In this document: in pieces, positions 9,407-17,883 of the stretch
Numbering within the stretch: the first letter of the stretch is position 1
Layout: the number at the start of each line of letters is the position of its first letter
NCBI GenBank assembly: GCA_964648795.1
Contig: CAZYMB010000008.1
Location: forward strand, 8,401 to 72,400
DNA length: 64,000 nt
Origin: an uncultured Acidimicrobiaceae bacterium
GTDB taxonomy: Bacteria; Actinomycetota; Acidimicrobiia; Acidimicrobiales; SZUA-35
Reading direction: 5' to 3'
Notes under the pieces: generated by a model
The model's database searches: none
Told to the model about the DNA's origin: nothing
What the model saw: the letters and a program-made list of their open reading frames with translations, nothing else
Translations under genes and position numbers: made by a program

Positions 9407-10417
9407 ATGACAGTCAGGGTAGGCATCAACGGTTTCGGCCGCATTGGACGCAATTTTTTTAGGGCTGCAAAGCAAGCGGGTGCCGATATCGACTTCGTTG
9501 CCGTCAACGATCTAGGTGATCTAAAAACTATGGCTCACCTCTTGAAATACGATTCAGTTCTCGGCCAGTTAGACAGCGACGTCTCAGTTTCTGGTGAAGG
9601 AATCACTATTGACGGTGACGAACTTAAGGTCCTCAACGAACGATCACCAAAAGATCTACCTTGGGGTGATCTCGGAGTGGATGTAGTCATTGAATCGACT
9701 GGCATCTTCAAGACTCGTGACTTAGCAGCCCAGCACCTTGAAGCAGGTGCTCCGTTTGTTGTCATTTCTGCACCTTGCAGCGACGCAGACACCACTATTG
9801 TCGTTGGCGTCAATGAAGACACATTCGATCCCGAGAATCACAAAGTAGTTTCGAACGCGTCCTGTACAACGAACTGCTTTGTCCCAATGGTAAAAGTACT
9901 AGATGATGCTTTTGGAATTGACGAAGGTTTAATGACTACAATCCACGCCTATACCGGAGATCAGTCAACCGTCGACTCTCCACACAGTGACTTACGTAGA
10001 GCTCGAGCAGCAGCGATCAATATCATCCCTACAACAACTGGGGCTGCAAAGGCAACTGGACTGGTTATGGAGTCGATGAACGGAAAGCTCGACGGCTCAG
10101 CAGTTCGAGTTCCGGTACCTACTGGGTCCTTAACTGACTTTACGGCTCTACTTAACAACGAAGCATCGATCGACGACATAAACGCAGCTTTCAAAGAAGC
10201 TGCAACAAACGGTCGACTAAGCAACGTACTTGAATACACAGAAGATCCAATTGTTAGTTCTGACATTGTTACCTCTGCCGCTTCTTGTACATTCGATGCA
10301 GGCATCACTATGTCCCAAGGCAAGCTCGCAAAAATTGCCGGGTGGTATGACAACGAATGGGGCTACTCAAACCGTCTGGTTGATATTGCTGCAATCGTTG
10401 GTGCTGCAAACTCTTAG
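9407..10417 (+). CDS. gap: Glyceraldehyde-3-phosphate dehydrogenase
   Basis: 336 aa. Motifs are INGFGRIGRNF, the active site SNASCTTNC and WYDNEWGYSNR. An AGGAG ribosome-binding site lies upstream. Confidence 0.97.
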   Translation: MTVRVGINGFGRIGRNFFRAAKQAGADIDFVAVNDLGDLKTMAHLLKYDSVLGQLDSDVSVSGEGITIDGDELKVLNERSPKDLPWGDLGVDVVIESTGIFKTRDLAAQHLEAGAPFVVISAPCSDADTTIVVGVNEDTFDPENHKVVSNASCTTNCFVPMVKVLDDAFGIDEGLMTTIHAYTGDQSTVDSPHSDLRRARAAAINIIPTTTGAAKATGLVMESMNGKLDGSAVRVPVPTGSLTDFTALLNNEASIDDINAAFKEAATNGRLSNVLEYTEDPIVSSDIVTSAASCTFDAGITMSQGKLAKIAGWYDNEWGYSNRLVDIAAIVGAANS

Positions 10418-10454
10418 CAAGCCAAAGCTATTTACAATTGATAATAGGAGAGTC

Positions 10455-11576
10455 ATGAAATTACCTGCTCTGGAAGACTTGTCAAAACAGCTCGGGGGGC
10501 TGAGTGGCAAGAAGATACTTGTCCGCGTTAACTATGATGTGCCAATAGAAGACGGCCAAGTTACCGATGACTTTCGCATTCAAGCATCCATGCCAACCAT
10601 CCAATGGCTCACAGAGGCAGGTGCTGAGTTAACCTTATGTAGCCATCTTGGCCGACCAGGCGGAGAACCGAACCCAGAGTTCAGCCTCGACCCAGTAAGA
10701 GAGCGCCTCAGCAACATGGGTGTTAAAGCCAAACTGCTTCCAAATCTACGTTTCTCCCCGGGCGAGAAAACTAACGATGCAGAATTTGCGGCGACCCTAA
10801 CAAACGGTATGGATGGATATGTCAATGATGCTTTTGGGGTGTGCCATCGAACTCATGCTTCGGTAGTTGCAGCTGCTCAGAATCTTCCGAGAGCTGCTGG
10901 CCGATCTGTTGCTGGCGAAGTGAATGTTCTTCACAAGATGATTCAATCACCGGGCGACAATTTTGTTGCCGTCATGGGTGGGTTGAAGATTTCTGACAAG
11001 CTGCGAGTTGTGGAATCGATACTGGACAAGGTCGATGCCCTATGTGTCGGCGGAGCAATGGCCTACACTTTCCTGAAAGCGCAGGGAGTCGAGGTTGGTG
11101 CATCGTTGGTGGAAGATTCTATGGTCGACAAGTGCAAAGAACTCCTGGGGCATTCAACCCCAATTCATCTGCCAGTAGACTTCGTTGCCCTCGCAGAAGA
11201 TGGCATAATCGGACAAGTTGACGACGCAGAAGTTCGAACCTTCACAAACCAAGTTGACAGCGGCTGGTCCGGCGCAGATGTCGGACCAGAGACAAGTGCT
11301 AAGTTCGCTGAGATTATTGAACAAGCATCTACGGTTTTTTGGAATGGACCGCTTGGCGCTTTCGAGGATCCAAGGTTCTCTTCGGGCACCGCAGCAATGG
11401 CAGACACCCTGGCTGAGGCTTCCGGATATGTAGTTATTGGAGGTGGAGACTCCGCCGCTGCGGCTGCCGAATTTGGTGTAGCGGACCAGGTAGATCACGT
11501 CTGTACTGGAGGAGGGGCTGCGCTTGGTTACATTGAAGATCCGAATTTACCAGGCCTAGCTGCTCTGATGAGTTAG
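10455..11576 (+). CDS. pgk: Phosphoglycerate kinase
   Basis: The track ORF 10230..11576 extends into gap. I use the start MKLPALEDL at 10455, which is preceded by AGGAG at 10446-10450. PGK motifs are RVNYDVP, NDAFGVCHR and GGGDSAAA. Confidence 0.93.
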   Translation: MKLPALEDLSKQLGGLSGKKILVRVNYDVPIEDGQVTDDFRIQASMPTIQWLTEAGAELTLCSHLGRPGGEPNPEFSLDPVRERLSNMGVKAKLLPNLRFSPGEKTNDAEFAATLTNGMDGYVNDAFGVCHRTHASVVAAAQNLPRAAGRSVAGEVNVLHKMIQSPGDNFVAVMGGLKISDKLRVVESILDKVDALCVGGAMAYTFLKAQGVEVGASLVEDSMVDKCKELLGHSTPIHLPVDFVALAEDGIIGQVDDAEVRTFTNQVDSGWSGADVGPETSAKFAEIIEQASTVFWNGPLGAFEDPRFSSGTAAMADTLAEASGYVVIGGGDSAAAAAEFGVADQVDHVCTGGGAALGYIEDPNLPGLAALMS

Positions 11577-11585
11577 ATTGTCACC

Positions 11586-12401
11586 ATGTCTCAAGAAACA
11601 CCACGACGTCCGCTTGTAAGTGGCAACTGGAAAATGAACTTTAACCACTTTGAAGCTCTTAAACTGGTGCAGGAACTCAGCTACCTAGTTTCCACAGACG
11701 ATATCGATGAAGTCGATATCTCTCTGCACGTGCCTTTCACCGCCATTAGAACTGTTCAGACAACACTTGAAGCTGACAAAATTCCATTCATACTTGGAGC
11801 ACAAGACTGTCATCAAGAAACAAGTGGAGCCTTTACCGGTGAGATCTCAGCTGCAATGCTGTCCAAGCTAAATGTTGCTTCGGTTCTTGTCGGACATTCC
11901 GAGCGACGCGAGATCTTTGCGGAGACAGACGAACTAGTCAACGCTAAACTTAAAGCCGTCCTTGCTGCGGAGATGCAAGCCATTGTCTGTGTCGGCGAGT
12001 CACTGGAAGTCAGAGAGGCCGGCCAACAAGCAGAGTTCGTCTCTGGACAATTGAAGGCAAGCCTGGCTAAAGTCAAGGCGGAACAATTCGAAAATATTGT
12101 TATTGCCTATGAACCAATATGGTCGATCGGAACTGGCCAGACCGCATCGGCGCAACAAGCTCAAGAGATGTGTGCACACATCCGTAGTGAGATTTCTGAG
12201 AGCCATAGCAAAGATATTGCTGACTCTTTGATCATCCAATACGGAGGTTCAGTCAAGCCCTCAAATGCCGCTGAACTACTGACACAGCCAGACATTGATG
12301 GCGCCCTGGTAGGCGGTGCTAGCCTGGACCCAGCATCGTTCTCTCAGATTGTGCAGTTCAGAACCCATGACCTTCCAGACCTCAGCACGACACTTAACTA
12401 A
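11586..12401 (+). CDS. tpiA: Triosephosphate isomerase
   Basis: 271 aa. Motifs are GNWKMN, VLVGHSERR, AYEPIWSIGTG and GGASL. Confidence 0.96.
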   Translation: MSQETPRRPLVSGNWKMNFNHFEALKLVQELSYLVSTDDIDEVDISLHVPFTAIRTVQTTLEADKIPFILGAQDCHQETSGAFTGEISAAMLSKLNVASVLVGHSERREIFAETDELVNAKLKAVLAAEMQAIVCVGESLEVREAGQQAEFVSGQLKASLAKVKAEQFENIVIAYEPIWSIGTGQTASAQQAQEMCAHIRSEISESHSKDIADSLIIQYGGSVKPSNAAELLTQPDIDGALVGGASLDPASFSQIVQFRTHDLPDLSTTLN

Positions 12402-14220
12402 ATCGAGGCTCAGGCTGGCTCCAATAGGTTGGGTCGTAATAGCTTTGTTTGCCGGCGCCTGCAGCGAAACTACAAATGGCGATGCCTTCTCTGACGCTTT
12501 AATTGATAGGTCTGACCTTATCAATTCCGACCAGATAATCACCGCACCCGAAATATCCGAGGACACAATCGTTTGGCTACATGACATAGAGCCAGCTACC
12601 TTGAATGGACAAAGTGAATCCAACTTGGGTTCGTCAACGGCTTCATGGATATCGCAAGGTCTTCTCGAAGGGCTCTTTGGCGTAACAACTGACCTTGGCT
12701 ATGAGCCCGAGCTTCTAGACGTAACGCCTATCCCCGAAGAAACCGATGATGGAGTGGTCATTGAATACACCCTAAAGGACGACTTAGTTTGGTCAGATGG
12801 TGAAGCTCTCACTACCCAAGACGTTGCTTACACCTTTGAGCGGATTGCCGAAGGGTGTGGAATCGACTCCGACGATTCTATCCAGGACAACTCAGACGCT
12901 GACTGCGTTCTAGACTGGGTCGACCGCTCCGGCTACTCTGCAATAACAGCTTTAGACATTGTTAGTGAACAAGAATTTAGCGTTACGTTGTCAAGGCCTG
13001 TGGGGGATTGGCAGAGACTCTTTGACACCGTATTCGCCGAGCACAGCTTCGGCGATAGCTCGGCGCAGTTAGAAGACAGACTCCTGACGTTCTCTAACGA
13101 TGGCGCTGTACTTCCGAGTTCAGGCCCTTACGAATTAGATAGTTGGACGCCTGGCGAGTTCCTAGCATTGACTCCAAACGAGAATCATCGAGATTTCGAT
13201 AACGCATCTCCTACAGCCCAAAGCCAGGTAATAGTTCGCTTTCTGCCAAACCGAGCAACGCTGGAAACAAACCTGGATGCAGGACGTGGTCACTTTATTC
13301 TGAACGATATCGCCAATGAGCCACTGGCTGTAGAGAGTTCCGATATCACTTTCGCCTCGACTGGTGGATGGCAATGGGAACATCTTGGGATGAACCTTAC
13401 AAACTCGCATCTAGAGAATGTTGTAGTCAGAGAAGCAGTCGCAGCAGCGCTAGACAAACCGGCTCTCAGTACGTCAGTCTTCGAGCCTTTCCATGGTGTT
13501 ACTTCAGACTCAGGAGCACTAGGCAATAGTTTTTGGATGTCGTATCAGGCCGCTTACGTTGATAATCAAGCCGAATACGCAGCGACTGACCTCGATCTTG
13601 TGACAGAGAATATGGAATCACTCGGCTACGCACGCGACGAAGGTGGGTCTTGGGTTCATCCAGAGTTAGGTGAGCCAGCTTTTCGAATTGCTGTCATTGA
13701 AGGTGACCTATTCAGGATCGAACTCGCAAACCAGATTGTTGCACAACTAGATGCGGTCGGATTCGATAGCTCCGTAGTTGAGATTCCAGGTGGAGACTTC
13801 TTCACCACTTCAGCTTCTGGTGAAGGCCCGTTTGCCTCGAACCAAACTTGGGATCTAACACTCTTCTCTTGGGCATCTGGCCCTTGGCCAGGTGGACAGA
13901 TCAGTGCTTACGGCGGGCAGAGTTCTGCCAACAACATCAACAACATCTATGACTATTCAAATGGAGTTTTTGACGAAGCGGCTCAAGCCTGTTCCACTGC
14001 CTTAGATCCAGCTGAAGTGGCCAATTGCTTTAACGAGCTCGATCTCTTTGCTACGACCGTCACCGGAGATACAGGCCTATTCATAGTTCCATTAGGGGAG
14101 CGGCCCTCGATTTTGGCCTACAACGGCACTATTTTGGCAGAACCGGTCATAAATGACTTTCCAGGCGCAGGACCTCTTACTGCGCTTAGCCATTTAAGCC
14201 CAATAGACACTGTTTCTTAA
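12367..14220 (+). CDS. Lipoprotein, ABC-transporter substrate-binding protein (family 5, peptide/nickel type) without adjacent permease genes
   Basis: The track ORF starts at 12316. I prefer the ATG at 12367, which gives MTFQTSARHLTKSRLRLAPIGWVVIALFAGAC, a charged n-region followed by a lipobox. The size (about 617 aa) and overall composition resemble family-5 SBPs. The family call is from memory, not a search. Confidence 0.6.
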   Translation: MTFQTSARHLTKSRLRLAPIGWVVIALFAGACSETTNGDAFSDALIDRSDLINSDQIITAPEISEDTIVWLHDIEPATLNGQSESNLGSSTASWISQGLLEGLFGVTTDLGYEPELLDVTPIPEETDDGVVIEYTLKDDLVWSDGEALTTQDVAYTFERIAEGCGIDSDDSIQDNSDADCVLDWVDRSGYSAITALDIVSEQEFSVTLSRPVGDWQRLFDTVFAEHSFGDSSAQLEDRLLTFSNDGAVLPSSGPYELDSWTPGEFLALTPNENHRDFDNASPTAQSQVIVRFLPNRATLETNLDAGRGHFILNDIANEPLAVESSDITFASTGGWQWEHLGMNLTNSHLENVVVREAVAAALDKPALSTSVFEPFHGVTSDSGALGNSFWMSYQAAYVDNQAEYAATDLDLVTENMESLGYARDEGGSWVHPELGEPAFRIAVIEGDLFRIELANQIVAQLDAVGFDSSVVEIPGGDFFTTSASGEGPFASNQTWDLTLFSWASGPWPGGQISAYGGQSSANNINNIYDYSNGVFDEAAQACSTALDPAEVANCFNELDLFATTVTGDTGLFIVPLGERPSILAYNGTILAEPVINDFPGAGPLTALSHLSPIDTVS

Positions 14221-14276
14221 CGCATTAAAGATGCTCAAATACTGCTTCAGATGCTATAGTCATAGCTGAGGTTGAT

Positions 14277-14504
14277 ATGACAATTGTACTTTTAGTTGCA
14301 TATGTGATTGTTGGAGTTGTTACCGTCGGACTAGTTCTTCTTCATAGTGGACGCGGTGGCGGAATTTCTGACATGTTCGGTGGAGGCGTCGGTGCTTCTG
14401 CTGCTGGTTCGACTTCAGTAGAACGTAACCTAGATAGGCTAACAGTTCTGTTTAGCGTCCTGTTTGTCTTGCTCAACCTGTTGCTTACTTTCCTTCTCGC
14501 CTAA
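14277..14504 (+). CDS. secG: Preprotein translocase subunit SecG
   Basis: 75 aa with two TM helices flanking a Gly-rich loop (HSGRGGGISDMFGGG). It sits in the conserved position after tpiA. Confidence 0.85.
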   Translation: MTIVLLVAYVIVGVVTVGLVLLHSGRGGGISDMFGGGVGASAAGSTSVERNLDRLTVLFSVLFVLLNLLLTFLLA

Positions 14505-15420
14505 GAGTTACAGTTTCTAGCGCTTTAACGTTCTCAAGATCACTAAAGATCTCACTGGCGTATGTGTAGTAGTCGAAATCAGATTCTTCTCTAAGTACAT
14601 GTTGAGCTAGAGCCCATACTGCAGTCCAACCACGGAAACATGCAACCCAATTGTTGAGGTCACTCAGGCTCGGTTTGTCCGTCACGTAATAAGAGTTCAA
14701 AAGCTCTTGTCGGCCATCTAAGCTTAGATGTCGAGCATAACTTGCTAGATCGAAACGATAGTCGCCGACCCCTGCATACTCCCAATCAATAAGCCAGCCT
14801 CGGCTATCGTCGAACAGTATATTTCCTGGGTCGAGGTCGTTATGACAAAGAACGTTTGACTCGTCTCCGCTCATAAACTTCTCGAACAAGCCAGGTATGT
14901 CTGCTACCGACTCGGAGGCCTGCTCTGCAATTGGGGAGCCCTTTATCACGATGGCCCAGTGGATTATGTCGTCCACCGGATCAAACAGAAATTGTTGTTT
15001 GGAATCCAATTCAGCACTGTGGAGTGTTTTTAGAAGCCGGCCGACCTCTTGTGCTCTTACACCCTCGTTCGACCACCTAGACTTATCGGCTGGCGCTGCA
15101 ATGAAGCGAGTAATATTGTCACCTCGAGAACTATCAAAGTAAAGAGTTGCTGGAGCGACTCCCAGGCTTGCTCCTATTCGTTGGAGATACATTTCTTTGT
15201 TACGGTCGATACCAAGCACCGCTGTAAGTTCGGTGCTGAGTCTGACCACTACTTGTTGCTCACTCAGCGTCACTAGAAATGAACGGTTGGTGATTCCACT
15301 TGCCATAGGTTCAATTTCAGGCGCCAGTCCTTTGTCTAGGGCGGCTTGATTAAGCAGTCCTAGAACGCGGCCCCGGTCTGCAGCAGATATCTCTTTGTCT
15401 GTATTTCCAGTCGAGGTCAT
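14485..15420 (-). CDS. Aminoglycoside/choline-kinase-like phosphotransferase (APH family)
   Basis: 311 aa. It has the catalytic loop VLCHNDLDPGNILF (HxDxxxxN) and the LIDWEYAGVGD motif. It is convergent with secG, with a 20-nt overlap. Confidence 0.75.
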   Translation of the reverse strand: MTSTGNTDKEISAADRGRVLGLLNQAALDKGLAPEIEPMASGITNRSFLVTLSEQQVVVRLSTELTAVLGIDRNKEMYLQRIGASLGVAPATLYFDSSRGDNITRFIAAPADKSRWSNEGVRAQEVGRLLKTLHSAELDSKQQFLFDPVDDIIHWAIVIKGSPIAEQASESVADIPGLFEKFMSGDESNVLCHNDLDPGNILFDDSRGWLIDWEYAGVGDYRFDLASYARHLSLDGRQELLNSYYVTDKPSLSDLNNWVACFRGWTAVWALAQHVLREESDFDYYTYASEIFSDLENVKALETVTLRREGK

Positions 15421-15527
15421 CGACTAATACTAGTCCTGCTGGAGGAGCGAACCTAAACGGGACTTGCTAGGATTATGAATCGGAGAATGCGAAGCATTAC
15501 TCCAAGGAACCGGCAACGGTTCCCTTT

Positions 15528-15576
15528 GTCGGAGTGGCGGAATTGGCAGACGCGCCAGATTGATTGTGGGGCCTAG
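15528..15576 (+). pseudogene. tRNA-Leu 5' fragment (acceptor 5' strand, D-arm, degenerate anticodon arm)
   Basis: The 28 nt GTCGGAGTGGCGGAATTGGCAGACGCGC are identical to the 5' end of the complete tRNA-Leu 95 nt downstream. The sequence then diverges. I found no T-arm and no 3' acceptor strand (CTCCGAC). Confidence 0.7.
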
Positions 15577-15622
15577 ACCCTCATTGAACGAAGTGAAAGA
15601 TATATTGATCTAACAGCTACTT

Positions 15623-15709
15623 GTCGGAGTGGCGGAATTGGCAGACGCGCTAGCTTGAGGGGCTAGTGACCTAACGGTCGTGGGGGTTCAAGTCCCCCCT
15701 CCGACACCA
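15623..15709 (+). tRNA. tRNA-Leu (anticodon GAG), long variable arm, CCA encoded
   Basis: Hand fold: acceptor GTCGGAG/CTCCGAC, anticodon stem CTAGC/GCTAG, loop TTGAGGG, variable arm TGACCTAACGGTCGT, T-arm GGGGG-TTCAAGT-CCCCC, 3' ACCA. Confidence 0.9.
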
Positions 15710-15732
15710 TTATTTGGGACTAGGGTTCATCT

Positions 15733-16371
15733 GTGCAAACTAATACTCATGCTCTAATAGGTTTGGCCGGTTTCTGGCGTAGGTCTCTGCGGGGGTCCGG
15801 CTGGGCCTCAGTGGTCGGTGCAGTTCTACCTGATGCGTTTATTGGGGCACTTTTGGCAGTTTCACGAGCCAAGAAGATACCCAATAAACAAATTTGGTCA
15901 GAAGAGTACTTTAAGGAGCCTTGGGTTACTAGGGGAGCGATTTCTAACTCTGTTCCTCTGTGGTCTGCATTGTTGCTCGGCGGTACGATACTGAAAGTAG
16001 TACATCCAAAGACGGGTGAGCTAGTAACCATTGCTGCAAAGAGCGGTTTAAGTCACCTTGCAATCGATTTTGCTACTCATGCAGACGATGCTCATCAACA
16101 CTTCTGGCCGATATCGGACTGGAAGTTCAATTCGCCGGTTTCTTATTGGGATGTGCGGCACCATGCAAACTATGTCATGCCTGTCGAAGGCGCGATTGGT
16201 CTAGCGGCTATCAAGTCGCTGTGGCCTAAGACAACCTCAATACTGCAGCGTGGTGGTCTTGTCCTGTTTGGTGCAGCTTCTACTGCACTTGTGCTCGGCC
16301 CGGCCATACGGCCCCTAGCAACGCGAATATGTCAACCGAAAGATGCCGAAGGACCTTTGGAGTCCAAGTAG
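15733..16371 (+). CDS. Membrane-bound metal-dependent hydrolase-like protein (YdjM-like), tandem paralog 1
   Basis: 212 aa with a GTG start. Motifs are THALIGLAG, LPDAFIG and HLAIDFATHADDAHQHFWPISDW (His/Asp-rich), plus several TM segments. The family assignment is tentative. Confidence 0.55.
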   Translation: MQTNTHALIGLAGFWRRSLRGSGWASVVGAVLPDAFIGALLAVSRAKKIPNKQIWSEEYFKEPWVTRGAISNSVPLWSALLLGGTILKVVHPKTGELVTIAAKSGLSHLAIDFATHADDAHQHFWPISDWKFNSPVSYWDVRHHANYVMPVEGAIGLAAIKSLWPKTTSILQRGGLVLFGAASTALVLGPAIRPLATRICQPKDAEGPLESK

Positions 16372-16419
16372 ACCTAAGCACAGGTTTCGGCCATAGCACC
16401 GGAGGCCTAAGATTGGGTT

Positions 16420-17013
16420 GTGCAGACCACTACACATGCTCTGATTGCCTTAACGGGGTTTCAACGCAAATCTATACCTCGGTCTGGGTGGGCTGCCGTC
16501 ATTGGTTCGGTACTACCGGACGCATTTATTGCAGTCTTCATCCCTGTTACCTTCGCCCGAGGTATATCGGCTCAACAGGCATTCGATGTTGAATTTTTCA
16601 ATGAGCCTTGGGCAACAATTGGAGCTATATCCAATTCATTCCCGCTCTGGTCACTCGTTTTAGTTGCCGGGGTTATTCTCAGGAGTCGCAACCCGCAAGC
16701 TGGCAAGCTAGTAACAGTCGGCGCCCTGAGTGGCTTGGCTCACCTAGTCGTTGATTTCTTTACTCACGCAACAGATGCGCACCGGCACTTGTGGCCGATA
16801 AGTAATTGGCGCTTTGAGTCACCGTTCTCATACTGGGAAGTCGAGCATCACGCTAACTTTGTCATGCCTATCGAAGGAGCTATTGGACTAGTTGCGGTAA
16901 AGCTTCTTTGGCCTAGAACTACTTCGAAGCTACAGCGTATTGGATTGGTTCTCGTGGGAGTAGTCGCCGTTGGCCTACTGGTTAGCCCGATTGTTAGACT
17001 GGCCGACTCCTAG
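16420..17013 (+). CDS. Membrane-bound metal-dependent hydrolase-like protein (YdjM-like), tandem paralog 2
   Basis: 197 aa with a GTG start. It is collinear with paralog 1 (THALIALTG, LPDAFIA, HLVVDFFTHATDAHRHLWPISNW). Confidence 0.55.
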   Translation: MQTTTHALIALTGFQRKSIPRSGWAAVIGSVLPDAFIAVFIPVTFARGISAQQAFDVEFFNEPWATIGAISNSFPLWSLVLVAGVILRSRNPQAGKLVTVGALSGLAHLVVDFFTHATDAHRHLWPISNWRFESPFSYWEVEHHANFVMPIEGAIGLVAVKLLWPRTTSKLQRIGLVLVGVVAVGLLVSPIVRLADS

Positions 17014-17046
17014 AAACATCGTAACTAGAGGAAAAGTAACTGAGAT

Positions 17047-17085
17047 GGGTTTCTCCAGCGTCCCAACCTGATGCCGGAGAAACCC
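17047..17085. terminator. Hairpin between convergent genes (possible bidirectional terminator)
   Basis: A perfect 10-bp stem GGGTTTCTCC / GGAGAAACCC with a 19-nt loop lies between the 3' ends of 16420..17013 (+) and 17098..17658 (-). There is no strong U-run. Confidence 0.45.
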
Positions 17086-17097
17086 AAACCTTTAGCA

Positions 17098-17658
17098 TTA
17101 GACGGTGGTTGGTTTCTCCCAAGCCTGCGGTGTGAACGCTTCGTCTACTGGCGTGTGTGCGATGTGGTTTGCATAGTTAGAAATTGTTTTCTGCGCTATG
17201 CCGAGCACAACATCTAGGACAGCTTCTCTACTGTAACCTGCGGCAATGAAATCGTTAACTGCTGCATCCACAACAAGCCCGCGATCTCTTACTACCGAGC
17301 GTGTGAAGCTGGCAAGCGCATTCAACTTAGCATCAGCGATTTGAGTCCCTTGTCGTAGAGCTACGACAACATCTTCTGGAACTCCGCTCATGTTTGAAAT
17401 AGTTGAATGCGCTGCCATGCAATATGTGCACCCGTTCTCAAAGCTTGCTGTCATCAGAACTATCTGCTGTTCGGTTTCGTTAAGACTTGACGTCCCAACA
17501 GCTCCGGCAAGGTCCATATAACCCTTTAGTGCTGCAGGGCTTTCAGCGAGCATGCCGACAAGATTTGGGACAAAGCCAAACTTCTCATTCACGCCCTTAA
17601 GAATTGGCTTTGAATCTTCTGGAGCGTCTTCTAATGAATAGACTTTGAATTCGGTCAT
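17098..17658 (-). CDS. Carboxymuconolactone decarboxylase / AhpD-like family protein
   Basis: The track ORF runs to 17724. I prefer the start MTEFKVYSLEDAP at 17658. It has the CxxC motif (GCTYCMAAH) typical of AhpD/CMD-fold proteins. Confidence 0.7.
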   Translation of the reverse strand: MTEFKVYSLEDAPEDSKPILKGVNEKFGFVPNLVGMLAESPAALKGYMDLAGAVGTSSLNETEQQIVLMTASFENGCTYCMAAHSTISNMSGVPEDVVVALRQGTQIADAKLNALASFTRSVVRDRGLVVDAAVNDFIAAGYSREAVLDVVLGIAQKTISNYANHIAHTPVDEAFTPQAWEKPTTV

Positions 17659-17883
17659 TGGATCCCTTTCGTGGATTTGATACCACAAGTAACCAACTAT
17701 GACTGACCCTTTATTCCCTCGCAATTTGTTTTCGAACTGCTATGGCGGTGGTTGACACTCCTAGACCGGCTGTAGGTCGAGTCTGGGTCGTAAGGCCTAT
17801 ATGGTTAGGAGATTTACACAGATTCGTCCTAAAAACTGGGGCTCATGGACCGATGTTTCTATAGGTGATCTTTCCTTGGGAAG

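Noticed and set aside
10230-10454. A 75-codon N-terminal extension of the pgk ORF that overlaps the end of gap.
   Set aside because: The extension has no PGK similarity and lies in another frame over the well-supported gap coding sequence. A canonical AGGAG-ATG start at 10455 gives the normal PGK N-terminus.
15528-15709. The tRNA-Leu fragment plus the intact tRNA as att sites flanking an integrated element.
   Set aside because: Only 46 nt separate the fragment from the intact gene. The duplicated part is the 5' half, not the 3' half. No integrase is adjacent.
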